A DNA stretch of 63,788 bases, filler included, from Octopus bimaculoides (GCF_001194135.2; 8 parts of 8 records of this genome joined end to end with filler, not necessarily neighbours in it); one strand, 5' to 3'. Counted from the whole stretch's first letter, positions 38,040 through 50,329 are shown. Numbers and translations: made by a program. The notes: a model not told the origin generated them from the letters alone.

Positions 38040-38470
38040 TTAAAAGTATCGTTATTTCGTCCGTCGTAGTCGACGATGACCAAAGACATCCCACGGGAGA
38101 ACAAGGCTTGGCACGGTGTCTCCAGCTGTGGTCAATGAGTCCAATGCATGTTTGGAAGAATCTTCTGCAGGTCGGACACAGATGATTTATTGAGACTGAA
38201 GGCAAGGAGTTGCCTCAGGACTTACGTTGTTCTCGTTGTTTCTCGTTTGCGTTGCTCTCGAGTCCTGACAACCCTGTTCTGTCCTTAGCTGGAGGCACCT
38301 GCGTTGGTGCAGCTTCGCCAGGGCAGGGCAGGGCGAGTTTGTGCTTGCGTTTCCTAGATGTCAGGGTTGATCTCAAAGCTATTCAGTGGGGTTTTGAGTG
38401 TGTCCTTGAAGAGCTCTTTCGTATGTCAGGCGTTCGAACAAGGTGACCTGCCCACTTGACTTGCGCTAAA
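38040..38470 (-). mobile_element. 3' fragment of a second RTE family (ORF C-terminus), internally deleted
   Basis: Minus strand: QVKWAGHLVR.PD, then KELFKDTLKTPLNSFEINPDI*ETQAQ..., typical of the RTE C-terminus. Confidence 0.7.
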
Positions 38471-38665
38471 TGTGAAACCAAAGTGACGAAGTAAAAATGG
38501 GAACTGAAGAACTAACATCTACGTTGCGAACTTATAACCTTATCTACATTACCACCACTATATCCAACTCACATTAATAAATTTCAGATATTGGGTCAAC
38601 AAAAAAGCTCCAAATATTAATTATTTGTTGGTGTATAATTCGACTTTCTCCAGAAACATCTGCTT

Positions 38666-39088
38666 GCGAGTGGCTATGTGGTAAGTAGCTTGCTTACGAA
38701 CGACATGGTTCCGGGTTCAGTCCCACTGAGTGGCACCTTGGGCAAGTGTCTTCTACTATAGCCTCGGGCCGACCAAAGCCTTGTGAGTGGATTTGATAGA
38801 GGGAAAATGAAAGAAGCCCGTCGTATATATGTATATATATATATGTGTGTGTGTGTGTGCGTGTGTGTCTTTATGTTTATGTGTCTGTGTTTGACCGCCT
38901 CCAGCATCGCTTGACAATCGATGCTGGTGAGTTTACGTCCCCGTAACTTAGCGGTTCAGCAAAAGAGACCGATAGAATAAGTACTAGGCTTACAAAGAAT
39001 AAGTCCTGGGGTAAATTTACTCGATTAAAGGCGTTGCTCCAGCATGGCCACAGTCAAAATGACTGAAACAAGTAAAAGAGTAAAAGAG
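38666..39088 (+). mobile_element. tRNA-derived SINE (OR/OK-type), full length
   Basis: Same two-part structure and gtaaaagagtaaaagag tail as the other copies. Confidence 0.88.
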
Positions 39089-39912
39089 TTGCCTCATGTA
39101 TGAATTAATCTGTCACGATAGTTATCAGTGTTCCTTATACAGATGCCAGTACAGGTTTGTCTTTTTTATGCTTATATCTGTTCACATGTCTATGATAAGG
39201 CACTGGAGAAGTCAGCAGGTAGTTATACACAAACTACATTCGTGAGAACCATCTCACAGGAGACGCGGTTGAGGAAGACCTGTTTGAAGATTCATCGATC
39301 ATCTCTCAGATGATGCAAACTTCTGTCAGGAACAGTATACTCCGAGCAAATGGAAAATCGGGAATCAGGAAAAGACTTTATCAGAAATGTTCGATTATCG
39401 CTGCAATGATTGATTGTCTTCTTATACAGATGGAACCTGATGCAGCAATCAAAAAGTGATTAGCACTAACGAACTTTATACGTAAATCCGTATAAAAAAA
39501 TAGTCTCGCAGTGTGGTGTTGTAAATACAAGTGATAGTCAGTGCATTCTGGGTAATTGAGCATTGTGGGTGGTAGCTTGGGCGCGATTTTCGGTACATGC
39601 AGAACTTTTGACGGTTACCAGCCCGTGTTATAACAGATGAACCCGTGATACGCTAAACATGGTTCATAGTTGAACGTGTTTTGTTATCCATGATAAGTGA
39701 GTTATAAATCAGCGATAAACGAAGCCATATGTATGTGGTTACTTATTTCTCCCCGAGTGCAAAGTTCAAATCCTGCTTAAGTAAACTTACCGATATCAAT
39801 AAAATATTTACACAATGAATATAATTAGAGTGGTGGTGGTGATGGGGAAGTGATATAATCGACTCAAAACTTTGGGGTGATGTTCCAGCATGACCGCAAT
39901 CCAATAAAAAAT

Positions 39913-39953
<41 letters not shown>

Positions 39954-40052
39954 NNNNNNNNNNNNNNNNNNNNNNNNNNNNNNNNNNNNNNNNNNNNNNN
40001 NNNNNNNNNNNNNNNNNNNNNNNNNNNNNNNNNNNNNNNNNNNNNNNNNNNN

Positions 40053-42490
40053 NAACTAAATAGTTCATTAATGAGTAAAGTGTAAGGAAATATGCTGAAT
40101 TTGGGATGTCAGTCAATCACAATGGAGATGTAGCATGGTTAAAGATACTAAAGGAATAAGTTTTCAGTGAGACGCAGCCAAATCTAAAACTAAATCGTTC
40201 ATTAACGTGTAAAGTGTTATGATGAATTAGATGGTCCAGGAACAGATTTAGTTCAGAGGTACTGGTTAAAGATATTTAGCATCTTACTTGTGAGACTGAC
40301 ACAATAATTTCAGCATTCAAGGTATGGAATAGTAGTACAAGATTGGATGATTGAAGGAGGAACAGTACTCTTTATTAAGGACAAAAGCAAGGTTAATATA
40401 GCTAGTAATTGTAGACCAATCAATCACCTGCTTACTGACAGTGTGGAAGCTGCTAACAGCAATTATAGTAGAAAGAATTTTCGAGCACCTTCACAATCAG
40501 AATTTGATGCAAGAAGAATGGGAATGCTGCAGGAGAATTATATTCATGAAATACTTGTTTCCAAGCTTGTAGAACCCTTTAAATGAATTAGTATTCAAAA
40601 GGAGCATGGGAGTCGAAAGTGACTTCATTTTCTTCTTCACACCGAAACCAAAATAAAATTTAAAATATGATGGGTAGTTAGAAGGAAGTCATCGAGAATG
40701 GTGCTAATTATTAAAAGGATGATTAAAGTTTGATAAAATGTGAGATTAAATCACTTTCAATTCTTACCCAAAATTCGAATATTACTTATTAGATGACTCG
40801 ATACATTAGCTATAGTTTGGGTTAAGGATATATATATAATCTGATCATATTCACTTATGTTTCCTTCCACAAAACTAGTAATAGTGCTTTTGGCTTATGG
40901 CATTTTCCCATTGTAAACCTTGCAGTAGGCATGGAGGTGGCCCCGGTAAGCGTTGCATTGTTGCTGCTTGGGTTGAGGACATTATTGTCTTCCTTTCTCC
41001 AACAGGCGTAATTGGTAAAGTTTTCTATTTGATAACTAACAACATCTGTTTACTATTGTGCTGGTGTTCAGTTGCATTGTCATCAAATCTGAGGAGAGAA
41101 AAAATCTCAACTTTTGGCTTTTTATTGCCTGACAAACTCTCTATATGTTCATTCAAGTTTTACTGTCAAATATATAGTGTTGAAGAAAGTACTGAAGGTG
41201 AGAAATCGTAATGTAGGAGAAGCTAGAAAATTGTGGAGTTATATTTCATGTAAACCAGTCAATCATAATGGAAATGAAGCATGGTTAAAGAAAGTAAGGG
41301 AGGAATTTATCAGTGGGAAGCAACCAGATCTAAAACTAAATTGTTCATTAATGAGTAAAGCGTTGGGAAATATGTTGAATTAGATGATCCAGAAAGAGAT
41401 TTAGTTCAAGGGTACTGGTTACAGAAATTTAGTATTTTACAGGAGGGCCTGTAGGAAAAATTTCAGGATTGAGTAAATTGAGTAGTAATACGAGCTTCGA
41501 TGATTTGAGGGAGAGCTGTATTGCTTATTGAGAACAAACACAAGTCTAATGTTGCTAGTAATTAAGGACGAATCACTTCGTTACCATTGGTGTGGAAGCT
41601 GTTAATGCTCTCAGAGAGAATTTAAGAACTCCTTGACAACCAAAATTTGCTGCAATCGAAAAGAAATGATACAACATAATAATATTCATGAAACATTTGT
41701 TTCGAACCTTACAAAAACCTTCAGATGAATTAGTACACAAAAGGCCCAAGTTTATCGAAAATGACCTCACTTTGTTCTTCACATCACAACTAAAAGAGTT
41801 TTCGCCAATGAAATTAAAACCTGTTGAGTAGATAGAAAGAGGACATCGATTATGATGCTAATTATAAAAAGGATGATTAAAGTTTGATATTGACCAGCCG
41901 GGTATATATAATCTGACCATATTCGTTTGAGTTTCTTTCCATAAAATTAGTAATAGTGCAGTTGGCTTATGGCATTTTCCCATCTTTAAACTTGCAGTAG
42001 GAGTGGAGTTGGCCCCAGTAAGCGTCGCATTATTGTTTGCAGGGTTGAAGACATTATTGTCTTCCTTTCTCTAACAGACGTACTTAGAAGGGTTTTTGTA
42101 TTTGATATCGAAGAACATGTTTATTATTGCGCTGGTATTGAGTTGCATTGACATCATATCTGTGGACAGGAAAAAATCATAATGTTTGATTGGTTATTTC
42201 CAGCCAATTTCTCTATATATTCATTCAGGTTTTACAGCCAAAGTTATGGTGTAGAAGAAAGTATTAAAGATGAGAAGACCCAATGAAATTATATTTGGTA
42301 TAAAGCAGTGAATCATATGGAGATGCAGAATGGTTAAAGAAACTAAATGAAGAAGTTGTCAGTGGGAAACAACCAGATCTAAAACTAAATTAATGAGTAA
42401 AGTGTTAGGAAATATGATGAATTAGATTGTCCAGGAACAAATTTATTTCAAAGTATGGTTAAAGGAATTTAGTATCTTACTTGAGAGACT
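40053..42490 (+). repeat. Tandem segmental repeat (~1.05-1.3 kb unit, ~2.2 copies) built on an R4/Dong-like LINE RT fragment
   Basis: The anchor aactaaa...taatgagtaaag.gt..ggaaatatg.tgaatt occurs at ~40053, ~41335 and ~42383. Blocks 40840-41170 and 41920-42290 align. Translation WMIEGGTVLFIKDKSKVNIASNCRPI..L..WKLLTAII.E.IFEHL resembles R4/Dong RT. Confidence 0.7.
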
Positions 42491-42499
42491 GAGTTAGCT

Positions 42500-42665
42500 G
42501 GGTTTAGCAGAAACTTTAGCCTCTGATAATGAACCTCACTTTACGCAGTCAGATTTTAACCAGGTTTTGCAAAGCCAAGACCTTAAGGCATTTTTTTGCA
42601 CTTCCCTACCATAGTCAGTCTAACGGGTAGGCAGAGAGATTCGTTGATACTTTTAAAAAGATATT
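42500..42665 (+). pseudogene. LTR-retrotransposon integrase core fragment
   Basis: GLAETLASDNEPHFTQSDFNQVLQSQDLKAFFALPYHSQSNG*AERFVDTFKK matches GLPE..VSDNGPQF...PYHPQSNG.AERFV.TFK. Confidence 0.75.
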
Positions 42666-43864
42666 TTTAAATCAAAGGAGAAAGAACTACAAAGTCATAC
42701 GCAGAAATAGCTGGAAGTCAGACGTAGGCGTAGACGTTTTGTGGTCATTGCTTCAAGATAATTCACTTGATCTCTCGATCTGCTGCAAGTAACAGCTAAT
42801 CTACATGTTTTGAAAATAATCTGGTGAAAATTTGGTGATCGGAAGAAAATTTGGTAAAAATTTGGTGATCGGAAGAAATTTTACAAAATCCGAAAAAATA
42901 TTACGTGCTTCAACGTAAATATATAGACAAGCTATTATTTTTTCACAGCGCCATTTTATCATACAACACATTCGGCTGAATTAAATACCTCAATTTCTAC
43001 TTATTCCAAGTTATAACACAAAAATTATAGAAATGGGCGAGAAATGTAAGTTTTCTTTTTATATTATGATAAATAATTTTATGGGGTGTGTATACGATTA
43101 CATAATGATCGCCGTGGATCGATGAAAAACTAATGAAAAAGCAGCAATGTTTAGTTTTCTTGTTAAAGTTTGCTTTGAGTTTACTAAAATATTTGGATAA
43201 TTTCTATAGTTAACTGAAGCTGGTTCTTTATTTGGTTTTTAAAAAAACACGGCGGGAGAGGGCGACAGAGATTAAATTAGTGGGAAATAATTGAGATAAT
43301 GGCGCACGTGGATAGCTGAGCCACTACGTGAATCAGTGTGTATACATACATCTTCAATTTCAGATAGAAATTTTGACCTCATTATGACATCGACATTATA
43401 TTAATGCTTATTGAAAATAATGAGTTAATGTTATATGAAATAATAAGTTAGAGAAATCTGTCTTTGCGTTTCTTGTCTTCATCTACATTCATCTGGTATA
43501 TTATATAAAAAATTTTCCAATTGTTACTTGAACACGTCCACATGTACATCTCGTAGCTCCCAAAAATTCTTCTTTCGTTGCCTCCATTATTTCATCATAC
43601 ACGTCGTCTTAGAACATGTCGGATTGAACTAAATTCATCATTTTAGCCTGATACCTTTTTGTTTTGCTAACAAATCATAACATGAAAATTCTAGGAATGG
43701 GCGTAAAATGTAAGTTTTATATAGCATTTTTACATTACGATAAATTTTATGGACTACATTTACAATTAAGTAATGTTCAAGAAAGATGACGTCTTTGTCC
43801 GAGTACATATCAAAGTGACCTAAAATTTCTCCTTTATCCGGTTTTAGAAAACATTAGTTATTTC

Positions 43865-43953
<89 letters not shown>

Positions 43954-44708
43954 CAAACTAACTGAATTAAGATAATTTGCTGCGTATATCATAATTGTAT
44001 TAAATATAATTGTAATAATCTTGATTAAAAAGATTTAGTTTAAGAAGAGCCTTTCATACACAGTCACGCTATGTTGCCCTCTAATTAGTATATAGTACAC
44101 CTTTTATTTCGTCCAGCTATAAAGATGATTTCGACCGAGAAAACTTTTGTATTCATCTGTTTAGATATTTTTATATTTTGTTCATATTTGCTACACTTGC
44201 TGGGGTTGGGGCGATATTACAAAACGAAAGACGAAAAATAGAAGAGCGGTGTTGATTATGTGATCACCGAACAATTTTGAGGCATTAATAACTTCGCTTT
44301 ACAACGACATAATGAGTTCAGTCCTGTTGCACTGCGTGTTGGGCAAGTAACTTCTAAAACAGTCCCGTATGTTCATTCGATTGACAGAAGACTAGAAAAT
44401 ATAATATTTTTTTAATTCTATGTGAAGGCCTGACGAAATGCCGCAAAGTATTTTGACCGATTCTGCCAGCTAGACGCCTTGATAATAATAATAATAATAA
44501 TAATAATATGTCGAAATATTGTTCACGAGATAGCAAATGGCACTCTTCTTTAAATTTTGACTCTATATCTTCAGGAGGAGTTACCTCAATCCTTTCTATA
44601 TGGGCGAAAATGAAGTAGATTGACAAATTTATTTTTTGAACCAGTGGAAGACACGCAAGATGTCGAAATATTGTTCACGAGATAGCAAATGGCACTCTTC
44701 TTTAAATT

Positions 44709-44748
<40 letters not shown>

Positions 44749-44754
44749 TGATGA

Positions 44755-44797
<43 letters not shown>

Positions 44798-46007
44798 CGA
44801 TGTAATCGACTTACCCATTCCCCCAAAAATTTCGGACCTTGTACTTATAGTGGAAATTAGAAATGGCTATTAATATATTTTCATAAAGCCGAAGTTAAGC
44901 GTGGCTGTAAGAATTTTTCTTCCCAAACCCAAGGTTCTGAGTTCTGTTCAACTGTATAACACCTACGATCAAGTGTCCAGCCAAAGCCTTGTGAATGGAT
45001 TTGACAGACGTTTGTGCGTGTGTGTCTGTCTGTCTGTCTGTGTTAATGTGTGTTTAAGCATGTTTATTTCTGTATTTATGTCGTCCTGTACCACCGCTAA
45101 GAAATCAGTGTAGGTTTGCTTAAGCAAAAGAAGCAACATAATAAGAACAAAGGAAATAAACGAGTACTACTAAAATCCTTCAAGTCGGTGCCCCATCAGG
45201 GCTGCAGTCTAATGACTGGAACTGGTTAGAAATAAAAGATAAACGAGGTATTTATTCGATTGGTCTCTTATACCGAACCGCTAAGATACAAGATACGTAA
45301 AGAAACCAGATCAGCTCGCAGTACCACCTAGCCGGACTGTAAGATGCTAGAGTTTCGGAGTTATCTTTTCTTCAGTCACAGACGTTAGGCAAGCAGATGT
45401 AGTAGTAGTAGTAGTCGTATATTTTCCGTGACAAAACGCAGTGAGTAGATTCTTCTCCATTTCGAAGGTCCTCAAGCATGTTTGGACTGATAAAAAATAT
45501 TACAATTTTACTTTCCACTTCTGTGATACACAATCCTTTTTGATCTTTTTTTTTTTTTTTTTTTTTCACGATCCCTTTTGATCAGAATTTTATTTTTCTC
45601 CTTTTTTTCTATTTTCAAAAACAAAAGCTCTACATTGTATTTTGTCCCCTCTGTGTTCGGCCCTGTGTGGCTAATAAAGAAACGTTTCATTGCTTACCTC
45701 TTCCCCTCTGTAAACTCTCACATTTTATCGAGTGTGAAACTAATGCGTTCCTTGTGCATGTTCTCTTGTTGTCTAATTTTATTATTCGTTTTATATGAAT
45801 TGATTGTTCATTTGAATTGACTACATACATACATACATACATACAAATAATATATACTGTAGCTAATTACATACAGGAAAGAAGGATACATACAACACAA
45901 CAAAATAAATCGAAAAATTTACCAAATGACTGAAATTACCGAAATGAACGATTCATAAACTTAAGGAAGAACAATAATTTTCATACAAGTAAAATCCCTC
46001 TCTAGTT

Positions 46008-46048
<41 letters not shown>

Positions 46049-46136
46049 GAATATTAATGGAGTGTGTGTGTGTGCGTGTGTGCATATACACATACCAACT
46101 CATCCTCTCTATCTGTTAGTCTCACTCTCTCTCTTT

Positions 46137-46177
<41 letters not shown>

Positions 46178-46337
46178 CACTTTTACTATACCGTTTCTAC
46201 AATGTAGCTGATTGTTTACATCACTTGAATATTATAGATTGTCGAAGTTGAAATATTTCTAGTATCAAATATTAATGAAATACTAATATCTTCACATTTC
46301 CTTCATCATTTTCTAAATTACGTGATTTCTCATTTAG

Positions 46338-46486
46338 TTATAAAACTTTTGCTGCTCCTGTGCATTCTATTCGTGACTATACCACTCGCGAATACACCCC
46401 AACGATCAACAACAAATGATGCTGAGTGGGTATTGAAAAGCATCAAAATATTCTCGGGAGATGGAAACATTACTTTCAACGTTTAT
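46338..46486 (+). CDS. Putative coding exon A of an unidentified secreted or type-II-anchored protein
   Basis: Pyrimidine-rich acceptor tctcatttag and donor TAT|gtaagt. Phase 1 to 0, 149 bp, encoding IKLLLLLCILFVTIPLANTPQRSTTNDAEWVLKSIKIFSGDGNITFNVY with a hydrophobic signal-like start. Confidence 0.55.
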
Positions 46487-47592
46487 GTAAGTAGTATTCA
46501 CTTAATTCTCTAAGATTTAGTCATTTTTGTTTTATTCCATCTTATTATCAAAGGTGCGTGTAGAAACCGTCCCACGTTTTACAGTTTGACAAATGGATAA
46601 GTAGCAAGTGTACGATGTACACCAGTCCAAATTATGATGATAACTAAAAAAAAGAAACGATGACCCCTTTCCCTTTATTACATAAAGACATCATTATTAT
46701 CTGTTTAACTTCATTAACGTATTACCGAACCGCTAGGTTTTGAATACGTAAGCAAAAGAACACGGATATATATTGACATTTCAATGTGGCCCTTCTGTTT
46801 TGTCTTCGAATCGCTGTTTACGTACATACTAGACAGTGTTATCCAGTCTTTATATATCTAAAACCATTATTGTAACATATTCCACTACAGTGCAAACCGA
46901 GGTCTATGAACGAATGCTATCAATTTACTCACATTTTGGGAAACATTCTTCCGTTGCCTCAGATGTACATACAAGAGAAAATCCCCATGGACCAAAAGGT
47001 ATGTCTAAACTATTTTACAGTTAATTCAGATTTTTAAACCTTTCTTACTGACATTTTTTGTTTTAAATTTTCTACACTGATAGAATTTTACATGTTGATG
47101 GTAAAATCACATTCATTTTCGGTAGAAATAAATAATAAAATCATTACAAACCCTTAAAGTTTGAAATTTTCGGCAATCAAAAGCCTCTATAGGCGATATG
47201 CCCTAAGTCGCAATTTCCATGTGTTCACGATAACATTTTACCATTGTGAAACCGTGAAAGAATTTTTTATTTTAAGGAAAAGAATTGAATGAAAGAAAAC
47301 GAAAAACATTGTGGAGCTGAAAGAAATAATGAAATACAATAAAAAGTCCTTTTTGTAAAGCGTTTTAGGTTTAAATGAGCTGTAAGACTTCCAAACTTAT
47401 AACAGATAAGTTATTTTAAATTCTGTGTATGGGATGGTCAAAATTTTAGACGGCAGATTGTAAATCTATTTAAAGGAATTACTTTCTCGTGATTTTATAT
47501 TCTATAGAAAATATTAAATTGCAAATATTGACACAGAAACCTGTCAATAAATATAAAATATATGAATTCTCTGAAATCATCTATCATTACAG

Positions 47593-47799
47593 ATGGCCCT
47601 AGTCAGCATCTCTTCCAAACTCGGGGAAAACACCATCGTGATTGAAATCCAAGTAGAAAGAGAAAATGACCGTGTGTGTGCTCCTGCTAAATTCATAACA
47701 GTGCCGGCTGCCTGTTCTAAGCTTGCTTCTGATTCAGAGGCTATGTGTCATTGCTATTTGAAATTTGTTGAATCCTGCCTAACTGACATGAATTTGCTG
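47593..47799 (+). CDS. Putative coding exon B of the same unidentified Cys-rich protein
   Basis: Acceptor tcattacag and donor CTG|gtaagc. 207 bp, phase 0 to 0, in frame with exon A; the other two frames stop early. Encodes MALVSISSKLGENTIVIEIQVERENDRVCAPAKFITVPAACSKLASDSEAMCHCYLKFVESCLTDMNLL. Confidence 0.6.
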
Positions 47800-48005
47800 G
47801 TAAGCAAACATTGTAATCATTTCTTGATGTCTTCTCTATTGATTATAGTCGTAAGTGGATATGAGTGGTTATGAACCTCGCTTCTCAGACACGAGGACAC
47901 CGGTTCGATTCTCTTGCTCAGCATATTGGGAGATTGTAACCACTTCTGGGTGAAATCTGGGAGACGGATATTATAAGGAAGTTAGATTTAGTATGTGTGT
48001 GTATA

Positions 48006-48060
48006 TACGAAGTGGTATCAAAAGATTCCCGGACTTGCCATGTTTAATAAAAATTTGGTG
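48006..48060 (+). mobile_element. Mariner-type TIR (MITE end), truncated near a gap
   Basis: TA followed by tacgaagtggtatcaaaagattcccggact, resembling TACGAGGG...TCAAAAAGT mariner ends. Confidence 0.4.
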
Positions 48061-48582
48061 TCCAGCCTGGAAGTCGTTTTCTACAAGCGAGTCAAGGACC
48101 TTCTGCGATAAATAAATGTGTGTGTGTGTGTGTGTGTNNNNNNNNNNNNNNNNNNNNNNNNNNNNNNNNNNNNNNNNNNNNTTAATTAATTAANNNNNNN
48201 NNNNNNNNNNNNNNNNNNNNNNNNNNNNNNNNNNNNNATAAAACTACTGAACAATAATAATAATAATAATAATAACTTCCCGATACAAACAGATAGAAAT
48301 TTGGGAGGAGGGGATTAGTTGATCATATCGACCCCAGTGTTTCACTGGTACTAGGTATAATAAAAAATATTCAGACAAATACATAACAAAAACACCAGGA
48401 CTTACAAATATATATAACATACAGAAAATTGCAATTACTGGGCACTACACACATCCTACGCAAAACACTTTCAATACAGTAACCATAAGAGCACCACAGC
48501 AAACCACAGCACATACCCAAGGCACACAGAGCTGCGCTCGGTAGTGAAGTGAAAGCACGCTATAAAAATAAAACTACTGAAC

Positions 48583-48623
<41 letters not shown>

Positions 48624-48663
48624 TGACAATAATGACACTTTTTCTTTTCTTTGTACATTGTAG

Positions 48664-48764
48664 GGGCCAAACGTCTTGGGAGAAACATACAAGAGATGAC
48701 AGGCAGAGCTCCCTCATATTTCTTCATCCTTTGCTGGTACTACATCTCTCCTCTCTTCATATTG
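48664..48764 (+). CDS. SLC6: SLC6 sodium:neurotransmitter symporter family, internal exon (TM11)
   Basis: Acceptor ttgtacattgtag, donor TTG|gtgagt, 101 bp, phase 1 to 0. (G)AKRLGRNIQEMTGRAPSYFFILCWYYISPLFIL matches YG..RF..DI..M.G..P..FF..CW.F.SP. Confidence 0.92.
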
Positions 48765-48794
48765 GTGAGTATGGCCTTACGTGTTGTTGTTCAT

Positions 48795-49115
48795 CCCCAG
48801 GTTAGTCCTGATCCCTGATCCAGTAGAATCGTGATCAAAGATGTTCCAGCCGTGACCATCTTGTCTTTTATTCAGACAAAGTGTATCTAGGACTACATTA
48901 TCGAATGTGTCCTTCCTTGTCATTGTTTAGCCCCAGGCTAGTCCTAATCCCTGATCCAGTAGAATCGTGATCAAAGTGGTTCCAGCTGTGACCATCCTGT
49001 CTTTCATTATCTAATGTGTCCTTTGTTGTTGTTGTTTAACCCCAGGTCAGTCCCCCTCCAGCAGACTTATGACCAAAGATGTTCCAAATGTGACCACCCT
49101 GCCTCTTATTCTCAG
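48795..49115 (+). repeat. Three tandem diverged copies of a ~120-140-bp repeat
   Basis: ccccagg.tagtcc...tgatcaaag.tgttcca..cgtgaccatc.tgtcttt occurs at ~48795, ~48930 and ~49040. Confidence 0.75.
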
Positions 49116-49219
49116 CCATGACAACCAAGACCTTTGACCACTGGAGCTGGGTATTTTTATTCCAGCCCTACTGCAGCCCTCCAAGTTCTGCAAATGTCCA
49201 TCCATTCTACCCTGATCTA

Positions 49220-49700
49220 CGTGAGTGTCCACTCCGTTCTAAGCTACATGAGAGCCAATCCACTCTAGGCTCCATGGATGTCCATTCCTCACCAAGCTAC
49301 CCGAGTGTCCACTCCACTCAAGCAACAGGTGTGTCCTCACCACTGCAAGCTGCACCAGTATCCACTTCACTCCAAGCTGCATGAGTGTCTACTCCACTCA
49401 AGCAACTGGAATGCCCACTCCACTCAAGCTACATGAGTGTCCACTCCACTCCAAACTGCCTCTGCTCAAGTCAAACTACACGAGGACCACTCCACACAAA
49501 CCTACCTGAGTGTCCACTCCACCAGAGCCACACAAATGACCATGTCACTCAAGCTGCACAAGTGTCCACTCCGCACCAGACTGCCTGTACTTGAGTCTGT
49601 ACTTGAGGCAAACTACACGAAAACCACTCCACACCAATCTACCCGAGTGTCCACACCACTCGAGCCACACAAATGTCCACTCCACTCAAACTATGCAACC
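49220..49700 (+). repeat. Degenerate ~26-bp minisatellite (gagtgtccactccactcaagctacat) in the SLC6 intron
   Basis: The motif tccactccactcaagc recurs with variations about every 26-28 bp. Confidence 0.85.
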
Positions 49701-49793
49701 GTCTACCCGACCCCCAAACTTCCCAGCTGACCCTTATATTCCCTATAAACCCAATTACACATTATTCCCTCTCTCTCTCTCTGTCTCTTTCAG

Positions 49794-49964
49794 GCCATTT
49801 TGATCTTCAGTATGATCCAGTACTCGGACCTGAAAGTGGGTGGCTACGTCTACCCGAAATGGGCAATAGGTATTGGATGGTTCATCGCTTCTTTGTCCCT
49901 CGTTTGTATCCCCTTGGGCATGTTTGATGCTGTCTACAATTCTAAAGGGAAGAACTTGTGGCAG
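49794..49964 (+). CDS. SLC6: SLC6 sodium:neurotransmitter symporter family, internal exon (TM12)
   Basis: Acceptor ctgtctctttcag, donor CAG|gtgcgt, 171 bp, phase 0 to 0, in frame with the TM11 exon. AILIFSMIQYSDLKVGGYVYPKWAIGIGWFIASLSLVCIPLGMFDAVYNSKGKNLWQ has the YxYPxWAxxIGW...S..CIP signature. Confidence 0.95.
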
Positions 49965-50329
49965 GTGCGTGTAATTTTGAATTTCACTATTTGAACCCCT
50001 TTCCCCCCCACTTCCTTCTTTATTTTCGTTTACCCTGGTCTTTGGCCCTTCTTCAACTACACAACAACCCTGTAGAATAAAATCTAGAAAGGGCACAACC
50101 TTAGCAAAATAGCACTTGGGTAGGGACCCGGGTGGTAGTTTGGTGGTGCTGTGTAGTCTTTTGAGAGATGGCCTCAATAGTCTGAGAAGTAGTTCGAAAG
50201 ACAGATGACCATCTGAGTGAGGTGGACATTTGGCCGGACATAATGAAGCTAAGGTTGTAATCACATTGACACCAGTTGTCAAGTGGTGGTGGGGGACAAA
50301 CACAGAATCCAAGACACACACACACATAC

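Noticed and set aside
45320-45490. Minus-strand acceptor followed by two open frames (QTCLRTFEMEKNLLTAFCHGKY... or PNMLEDLRNGEE...)
   Set aside because: Both frames cross a (TAC)n microsatellite, neither is recognisable, and no partner exon was found.
49220-49700. Regularly spaced ~26-bp repeats as a CRISPR-like array or repetitive coding exon
   Set aside because: There are no unique spacers, the context is a eukaryotic intron, and the unit length is not a multiple of 3.
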